NCBI GenBank assembly: GCA_951406725.2
Contig: OX597817.1
Coordinates: 116,498,001 to 116,562,000 of the forward strand
Source of the DNA: Octopus vulgaris
Lineage: Eukaryota
Length of the DNA: 64,000 nt
Direction of reading: 5' to 3'
Under the pieces are notes generated by a model, which saw nothing but the letters and a program-made list of their open reading frames with translations, had not been told where the DNA came from and made no database searches. Every line of letters begins with the position of its first letter. Positions within the stretch are counted from its first letter, which is position 1. Shown one piece after another: positions 55,171 to 64,000 of the stretch. Position numbers and translations under genes: made by a program.

Positions 55171-55479
55171 AATCCCTCTACTTGTCTCAGTGCTTTTGCA
55201 CTAACATGCTGAATTGGATGAGTTTCTTGAGAAGGCCAATGTCTCAGTCTTACTTTGCAGCATTCGGCAGAGACACCATTCAGTGCATACCAGAAATCAC
55301 CATCTGATGAGCCAAAGTAAGACGTGTCGTCTGCAAATCAGCCGAACGATCCTATACGCACCGATTGTGATATGTGGCCACCGCAACTGCAATCAATTTC
55401 CTAAAATGTATGATTACGGCAAGGGTCTTCGGCGTCGGCAGTGGTATGCTTTGTCGAACTATAATAGTTATTAAAATAT

Positions 55480-55878
55480 TCTTTTCTACTCTAGGCACAA
55501 GGCCCGAAATTTTAAGGGAGAGGATCAGTTGATTAGATTGACCCCAGTACGCAACTTGTACCTAATTTATTGTCCCCGAAAGGATGAAAGTTAAAGTCAA
55601 CCTCGGTGGAATTTGAACTCAGACCGTAAAGACAGACGAAATACCTATTTCTTTACTATCCATAAGGGGCTAAACACAGAGGGGACAAACAAGGACAGAC
55701 AAATGGATTAAGTCGATTACATCGACCCCGTGCGTAACTGCTACTTAATTTACTAACCCCGAAAGGATGAAAGTTAAAGTCAACCTCGGTGGAATTTGAA
55801 CTCAGAACGTAACGGCAGACGAAATACGGCTACGCATTTTGCCCGGCGAGCTAACGTTTCTGCCAGCTCGCCGCCTTA
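55480..55878 (-). mobile_element. SINE family B, tandem dimer-like copy
   Basis: Block ccccgaaaggatgaaagttaaagtcaacctcggtggaatttgaactcaga occurs twice (~55574 and ~55757). Confidence 0.85.
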
Positions 55879-55919
55879 ATATACCAATAAAATACTAATC
55901 CCAAATAATATACTAATAT

Positions 55920-56336
55920 CAGGCGTGCCAGTGTTTTAACCAGCTTGCTTTCCAACAACATGATTCCGGGTTCAGTTCCACTGCATGACACCTTAGGTAA
56001 GTATCTACAAATATTACTTCGGGCCGACCAAATTCTTGTCACTGGATTTATTTGGTAGACGGAAACCGAAAAAGGCCCGTCGTATTATGGTGTGCGTGCG
56101 TTGTGTATGTGTCTTTGTGTCAGTGTTTGTCCCCTCATCACCGTTTGACAATTGGTGTTGGGGTGTTTACGTTCCCGAAAATTAGTGATTCGGCAAAACA
56201 AACTGATAGAATAAGTAGTAGGCTTTAAAAATCACACGTTCTGGAGTCGATTTTTGACTAAAACCCTTCAAGGTGATGCTCCAGCATGGCCGAGGTCGGA
56301 TGACTGAAGTAGGTAAAAGAATAAAAGGATAAAAGA
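55920..56336 (+). mobile_element. SINE family A
   Basis: Match to 392-822. Confidence 0.8.
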
Positions 56337-57116
56337 ATTATCAAAGTATGAGATCCAAATAGCATACATATTTACAAGTAGAAGATAAATAATACATTTA
56401 TCTACAATTAAAAGCAAGATAATATATTTCTCTTCAGCTGAAGGTCAAATGATACATGTATTAAGAATTAAGCTTCGGGTAATATATACGTCTATAATTA
56501 ACCATGAAATACACTCACCTACAGCTAATATTCAAGGAATATATATCTCCATATATCTTCACCCGTTAGTTGAGCAATACAGAAAGCTACCTTCATTAAT
56601 ATATTTATCTACAGTTAAAGTTCAATGACAAATAATGTGATGTTTTTTTTACATTGTTACTTCTCTTTTCTTTTGGTAAAAAGAATCCTTTATATTGTAT
56701 AGGAAGTTACGATTCGGCAGTATCGCATCTGATACTTCCCTAATAATAATAACTAATAATATAAACAGAATACAACGGCAGTGTGATTAAATACACTTAA
56801 GGGAAATATGAGTAAAATATTGTTGCTAATTAGTACAGAAAACAGTTGAACATACGTGGAGATGAAATGGTTGTACAAACGACGTTAAATTATAATCACT
56901 TGGCTACTTAATTTATGTGTGTAATTTGAAAAAGTAGTTACTTTTTTGCGATATAATTTTGACAGCTGACGTTAATAATTGAAGACACCTACGACTAAAT
57001 TTGCAAATTTGTTTCTAAAATGCATATAAATATTTCTACTCTAGAAATAATTGTCTAAATATTTTTAACACTACACACATGTGTGTGTATATGTATATAT
57101 GTATGTGTATGTGTAA

Positions 57117-57168
<52 letters not shown>

Positions 57169-57294
57169 TATACGTGCACATATACGTATATATATACATG
57201 TGAGTGTATGAGTGTATGTATAGATATGTGTATATATGCATGTATACACACATATAACATATATATGTATATATGTGTAAATATATATATACGT

Positions 57295-57325
<31 letters not shown>

Positions 57326-57459
57326 TGTATGTATATATATATATAAACGTATATATATATTTACACATATATACATACATACACACACACATATATATAT
57401 ATATATATATGTTTGTATACATGCATATATACACATATCTATACATACACTCATACACT

Positions 57460-58449
57460 GCAGGAAAAGCAGTAAAATGTGACAACCGATGAAGACTTTG
57501 TAGAGTTAACGCCGAAGATATCACCCACATCATCAGCAGTTGTCCAAAAATGTTATCACGATATTATCTACAGATGAGAATTGATGTAGCTAGGACACTC
57601 TATAATGAAATCAGTTGGAAGGATAAAACCGAGGACCAAAAATAATAACCCACAGCCTGGTAGAAAAGGAGTACTGGTGGAATGTCTGAGTGAAGGCCTC
57701 AATAAAATGTAAACACAATTGACCTGATATAATGATTTTGGATTGAGAAAAGTATCTGTGTACGGTTGTGGAAATTAGATGCCCTTAAAGTTGAAGTACA
57801 ATGAAAAAGAGAATACCTACGCTGGACTATTGAAAAATCTGCAGTTACTGTATCCAAATTACAAGTTCAAATTTATACACATAATTAATGGATCCCTGGG
57901 ATATGTAACACACTGCCTAAACATCAATCTTGAGAAATTAGGCTTCTCAAAACCAGAAGGAAAATGAAAGCTGATTCGAAGACTATAGATTCAGTCCATC
58001 ACCGGAACTGTAAAAATCTCTAAGACATTACGCATGTGATTAGCAGCTGACTAAAATGTGCGGCACGATGTTGCTAAAACAATTTTTATTGTCATCCACA
58101 AAAAAGACTGTCCTGAAATAAAGTTAGAAAATCCCTGTGTTATAGAATACATTCATAAACACAAACTCAAGGAATACTGGTGGAATATTTCCATAAGGTA
58201 TGCACCAACATAGAAAAAGAGGATATCTGTGGACAACTGCTTCGAAACTTCCAGCTTCTACATCCAGACTATAAACTCATATTCATACCAATAATAATCG
58301 GAGCACTAGGTTTTGTTAGGTAACGCTTAAAGGAGAATCTGGATAAACTGGGATTTTCAGAAAGAGAAATTGACCGGCTGATTCGTACATTCCAATCTGT
58401 GAGTGGAACAGTGAAAATATGCAAGACTTTTCTCAAATTCCAAATGTGA
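57460..58449 (+). pseudogene. two adjacent decayed RLE-LINE C-terminal fragments
   Basis: [50 protein letters not shown] second copy (58050-58449) repeats EYWWN...IIIGALG...KICKTFLKF. Confidence 0.75.
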
Positions 58450-59531
58450 AGTTGTCCGTATTAACTACATCCCAAAGATGGGGGCCTTGTAATTTTGTTG
58501 GAAAATGGTCCCTCATCAGTGGAAAATTTATAATAATTAAAAAAATAGAAGACATACATACATACAAACAATAATACCCTGTTGTTGAGGTTGAAATTAA
58601 AACGAAGGAGCTTTGAATCTAGTTTAGAAACGGACTCTTTCTCTATTTTCAAGAAATCTTGAAATAAAACAGAACAATGACATACATACATATATACACA
58701 CATGCATATATGTACTTTTGTGTGTGTATATATGTGTGGGTGTGTATTCGAAATCTATGTCATACTGTTTGCGTCTTTTATTTACTCCAGTCTTTGAACT
58801 CGCTATTACCTGTTATTGATTATATCAGAGGCGAAACATATTAATTGGGGTGAATCTCCTTAATATATCAAATTAGTAATTATTTCGGATCGATAGATTA
58901 ATTGATAGATCTGTGCACGATAAGTCACTCAGTATCATTTTATTCTAATTTGATTATCATTAATTTCAAAGCGATCGATTTGCAAATCTCAGATGGTTCT
59001 ATATTTTTATTTTTATTTAATAAAAATAAAATGCTCTGTAGAAATTGCATAAACAGTAATATAAATAAAACATTATCAGAGTAAATTATAAAACCGACAT
59101 GTTTTGTTTGACATGTTAAAAATAAAAGCTAAAGTCTGTTGAACGGCACCCTGTCATCTTGAAAACGGAAGGGTTTGTTATTCAGTGCCTAACATAGGAA
59201 AAGACATGGTGGTCTGGTGAACTTACGGCTAGCCATTCAAAACCGCCAAGGAATAAAGAACAACAACCTATAATATTTCAATGATATGATGGAAGACAAG
59301 AGAAAATGATAGGAAACAATAGAATTCCATAGCCATACAGATACGAGTATAAACACGTCAGAGCATGAATGAATATTAAAAAACGAGCTCACAAAGCTGG
59401 CTGATGAGTTTGTTTATAGGCTGTTTCACTCTTAGCAGAGAAACAATGATAGTCGCTGTAATTTGGCGGTGGTATTTGGATACTCATAACAATTGTTCCT
59501 GTACTTTTCACTGCTGACAATGATCTTGAAA

Positions 59532-59576
<45 letters not shown>

Positions 59577-59581
59577 ATATA

Positions 59582-59620
<39 letters not shown>

Positions 59621-60375
59621 TGTTTCGTTGTTGCTTTAGTATGATCTAAATTTATCTTTAAGAAGAATATGGTCATATGTGTGTATGTAATTGTGTGTAT
59701 TTATGCATCTATGTATAAACCATTATTTGCCTAAAAGTATATTCCCCGTTAAACGTGGATATTCTGTCAAAACACACTTTACTGGGGTTGATACTATAAG
59801 AGAAACTTTCATATACAAAATACCAGTTTCTGTATATCACTAACGGATAGATAAATCTCCATCAACTCTACGGCGAGTTCACCAGATCATATGATTTTGA
59901 CCTTTTTTGGTCACATCGGTGATAGACGCTTGACTGCTAGAGATAGCACAAACTCATCTCTCCTCCAGCGATATGTAGAAAAGCAGTGCCCGAAGAGTCA
60001 CTGTTTTAATTTTGTGCTTACTGGGAATAGTTTTACCCGATAATGGATGCATTAAGGCTAACTACAATCGTAACTTTTTTCGAAAATATATACAAAAATA
60101 GGTTCATTAAACTTAGGTATGAAACAATACTCATTCTGAGAAACAATTTCTACATTATAAGTTTTTGAAAGTACTATGCGTGTAAGTTAAAATATATCAT
60201 CAAATAAAATGTGGCAGAAAGATTACTCAACAGTATTTTCAGTTTATCGTTCGATTTATGACTATTCATCAAGAAGATTAGCAGAGTAGCAATAAGCTTG
60301 AGAAAAAAACATCAGGCGTTTCCTGCATGTCCCATAACTTGTTTTGATTTGAGTTTGAAAGAACGGAAGAATAAC

Positions 60376-60472
<97 letters not shown>

Positions 60473-60556
60473 TTAATCCAAACATGAAAACACAACAACG
60501 CGAGGACGTGGAACAAGTATAGTGTTATTGGACGCTCAGGAAAGGAAACAAGAAGG

Positions 60557-60591
60557 ATTTAACGTTTCGAGTGGAGCTCTTCGTCAGAAAC
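60557..60591 (-). ncRNA. minimal hammerhead motif in a ~190-bp microsatellite-embedded element (60471-60662)
   Basis: TTT-CTGACGA-A-GAG(ctcca)CTC-GA-AACGTT-A-AAT: intact CUGANGA and GAAA cores, palindromic stem III AACGTT, short stem I. Confidence 0.7.
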
Positions 60592-60709
60592 ATAGGAAAA
60601 GGCAATATCCAAGGAAGGGTAGACGAAGAAAAAAAAATCGCCAACGGTACACATGCGGTCACATATATATATTTATTTTTTTTTTTTCATAGCATCTTTT
60701 GATGGCCCA

Positions 60710-60752
60710 GTAACTGAAGAGATGCCCCGACATCCGAAACTCGGAGTTTTAT
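60710..60752 (+). ncRNA. minimal hammerhead motif
   Basis: GTAA-CTGAAGA-GATG(ccccga)CATC-C-GAA-ACTCGGAGT-T-TTAT; stems I-III can be drawn. Confidence 0.6.
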
Positions 60753-60773
60753 CATGGCTACTGAATAGCTGTC

Positions 60774-60851
<78 letters not shown>

Positions 60852-60852
<1 letters not shown>

Positions 60853-61706
60853 AACGGGGGTGGGTGCACGTAACGCCGCAATAATATAAGAATAAATGTT
60901 TTTATATATAAAGAACGTGAAATACAGGAAGGGACGAACACGGAACACAGACAAATCATTCGAAGCCTTCAATCTTCAGTCAGACACCGAATCATCATAG
61001 CAAATTTCGGCTGTTCAATTCTGATATTTGCTCCAACTCGGCCAGCCCCAAGAAAAAAACTAAGCTGTAAGCATTAGATTTCTTGGTAGAAGACAAGAAT
61101 GTAAACGCACAAGACGGATGTAAATACGAGAGACGAAAACGAAATTGAAAACGATAATGGTTAAACAAAATATATATAACGGTGGTTGTCATACGACTTT
61201 AGACCAAATGTGACAAAAACAACAACAACATAGCAGCTGGCGTAGAAATAATTACCTTTTCGGTATAGGGGACACATGTTGGTCGATATACGATCGCCAA
61301 CAGAATGGTTAAGAAGCAGCAGGTTGCAGGAGAGAGAGAGAAAGAGAGAGAGGGAATCAAAGAGGGTGGAAGGCAGGGGACAGGATCAGTGACTTAGAGA
61401 AAAGGAGAAAGAAGGGATTGAGGAGGATGGGAGGAAGAGGGGGAAAGAATCAGAGGGCGCCAAAATAGTTTGGTAAAGAAGCAATGGCGGGTAGGAAAGA
61501 CAAAGTATATAGAAGTCGTGCAGGGTTTAAAATTGGATAAACAAACGGGGGGTGGGGTGCACGTAACGCCGCAATAATATAAGAATAAATGTTTTTATAT
61601 ATAAAGAACGTGAAATACAGGAAGGGACGAACACGGAACACAGACAAATCATTCGAAGCCTTCAATCTTCAGTCAGACACCGAATCATCATAGCAAATTT
61701 CGGCTG

Positions 61707-61708
<2 letters not shown>
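60852..61708. mobile_element. non-coding element with ~165-bp terminal direct repeats, flanked by (TA)n
   Basis: 60852-61015 and 61543-61708 are near identical; purine-rich spacer; TA tracts on both sides. Confidence 0.8.
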
Positions 61709-61739
<31 letters not shown>

Positions 61740-61741
<2 letters not shown>

Positions 61742-62400
61742 ATCATGAAATGCATTATTGTAACGCTGTATGTTTTGCAAAAGTGTTTTGATTCTGGATT
61801 TGAGCCCAATACGAGATCTTTTAATAGTTGTAGCGTTTCCAAAGGATGTGGTAACTGGATCTTTCCATTATTACAACACATACCTGGGGGTTCATGGAAC
61901 CATTTCTTGGCATCGCAGTAATCACATAATAATGACATGGATCCTATATTAAAAATGTCTTGCGAATTATATGCATAATTAGGATTATAACCGAATGCAG
62001 CTGTTTTCTAATTTTCAGTAGTAAAATGACGCAGTCTAAATTCTTGATACCTTAATCTGTCTGTTATCCTCCAAGTGTTGAGCTCGTCCTGAGTTATAGG
62101 TTGCCTGGCTGCTGCAGTCGAGTATTCATTCTCATTCTCATTACTGCTGCAGTCCGTTGAGCCTCTAATTTTCGTCTTGTTTCAGCCTGTACTTCAGATT
62201 CAGACTATCTTGCTGCTGCAGTTCGTTGGGCATTTAATCTTCTTCTTCCTCTGCTTGTTCTTGTGAGCCGTCTCTTCCTGAGTCTCGTAAGGCTGCAAGC
62301 TTTTCAGCATCTACACTCAGTCTCTTGTTCCACTGATAGCCTCTTCAGCTCTTTCTCTTTTCCTACGCGAGATTGCTTAGGTAGTCCACATGTAATATTT
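61740..62400 (-). pseudogene. Helitron Rep/helicase N-terminal remnant
   Basis: MSLLCDYCDAKKWFHEPPGMCCNNGKIQLP...SKHF matches the Helitron C..C.A....E....CC..GK motif; upstream R/E-rich repeats; cut by (TA)n at 61740. Confidence 0.8.
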
Positions 62401-62757
62401 TTCGGAGGCATTGTAGTAGGACGAATTAATCTATATTATCAACATTCAGCAGGCCAAGCAGAGAAGTGAAACATATGGTAAAGATCTGATAAAATGACGG
62501 AATAGTTCTATGATTTAAATTTCATCAATATCGGAGCTATTTGAATATCGGAACTATTTAAATATTCTCATTATAGACTTTGCAACGTAATTTTATGCAT
62601 TACAAAAAGGAATATTTTAATAAGCAAAGCATGCTTTGTTTACCATATTACCGTCAGTTCGAACACCAGTCTAATCAGTTGAGCGTATACCAATACAACC
62701 AATGATAGACAGTGAGTAGCCCTCTGTTTATCTAAAGAATATATAATTTTATTAAAA

Positions 62758-63297
62758 AAGCCCACTATACCCATCATGACTACCCGTCTGATAAGCGTAC
62801 ACTAGACACATGCATCACAACCATATGTGCGCAACATGGTGATCTCATATCAAGATAAACAGCACATGACCTTGCAGTTGGGTCCCAGTTAGAATTTTCT
62901 ACTGTTCGAGTAACCCGTCCTGCTCAAAAGGTCCCTGAATAAGGGTTGTTTAAGGATGTTGAACGAAACACCCATGTTTCCAGAGGTGAATTATTCAAAC
63001 CACAAAGAATCCCTCTCAACACACAGCTATGATGCTCCCACACAACTTCTGCACATATCGTCGACCACTAAGTGACATGCTCAATTGGTTACGGTCAAAC
63101 AATTGACAAGCAAATATGTGGTATTGAGCAGAATATTTGCTGTAGCCCATCTTTTATACCAAGACAAATCAATGTACATGATAACACTTCCAGTCAGTTA
63201 AGATCAGAAGCCACGAGAGCCACTGTCTGGTACTGCGTCAGGGCATTTATTATTATTATTATTGAGTGAGAGAGCAGTGCATGCCATCAAAGTGACA
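62758..63297 (-). mobile_element. family C repeat plus a 34-bp end fragment in (TTA)n
   Basis: Homologous to 16182-16788. Confidence 0.8.
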
Positions 63298-63312
63298 TTA
63301 TTATTATTATTA

Positions 63313-63390
<78 letters not shown>

Positions 63391-63393
<3 letters not shown>

Positions 63394-63525
63394 TTTTGCT
63401 TTTGCTTTGTATTTATACAAGTTGATTCCAAGTTTAACCCAGAGACCTCAAGAGACAAGAAGTTGGAAGTTCATGTTGGTGTTATGCTTAGGATGCCATA
63501 TATTTGGTTTTGTACTAGTGAATTT
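63391..63525 (-). mobile_element. Dong-like 3'UTR only, with (TAA)n tail
   Basis: ttttgctttgtatttatacaagttg..cccagagacctcaagagacaa..gttggaagttcatg matches 6915-7030. Confidence 0.85.
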
Positions 63526-63558
63526 CTCAAAACTTCAGATTAAATAGAAAGTATTTTA

Positions 63559-63629
<71 letters not shown>

Positions 63630-64000
63630 GTTAACATTATTTGCAAGAAGTATATTGTTAAATTACAACAAATACAAAAAGAAGAAGAACAAGAAGAACA
63701 AGAAGAAGAACAACAACAACAACAACAATGATTGTGGTGTATAAGAAATTAGCATTAACAATATCAATAGCGAAATGTGCAAAGCAGACGGCAAATATGA
63801 TCAGCATATTTTAGTAATTGCATTGTTCAGGATTACGAATAATTTACGCAAGTTGTATTACCCAATGACTGCAACGCTCATTGATTACAACTCGAGTGAG
63901 GAGAACGCAACAAAAAAGACCCAAAATTAGAGCATATAGAAATCCATTATCTCAAGCTATTCGTAAATCTCACGTGATAGGTCACACTAAGCGAAATAGT

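Noticed and set aside
57484-57520. CCGATGAAG...CCGAAG hammerhead-like words
   Set aside because: Explained as the coding zinc-knuckle region of an RLE LINE fragment.

Overview
AT-rich, microsatellite-dense eukaryotic DNA. The SINE and LINE families look like those of octopus (coleoid cephalopod); this is an inference from recalled repeat families. No host protein-coding gene can be called with confidence, only a few candidate small + strand exons. The window is dominated by mobile DNA. (i) A near-intact ~4.1 kb R4/Dong-type non-LTR retrotransposon (RT, CCHC knuckle, PD-(D/E)xK endonuclease, (TAA)n tail) lies on the - strand, broken by a single in-frame TGA, with many older RLE-LINE fragments in TAA tracts. 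(ii) There are three decayed mariner transposons, a hAT MITE, L1/Tx1 remnants, a Helitron remnant and ~25 tRNA-type SINE copies. (iii) Several Penelope-like remnants and mini-elements sit in (TA)n/(TG)n tracts and carry minimal hammerhead-ribozyme (HHR) motifs. The most striking structures are a perfect 443-bp palindrome (29042-29484) with an HHR-like motif on each strand, a cluster of HHR/direct-repeat mini-elements at 60.5-61.7 kb, a TAA-tailed non-coding element probably mobilised by Dong, and an old tandem duplication closed by a near-perfect 34-bp inverted repeat (19833-20415). Repeat boundaries are read by eye and are approximate unless TIRs or TSDs are quoted.
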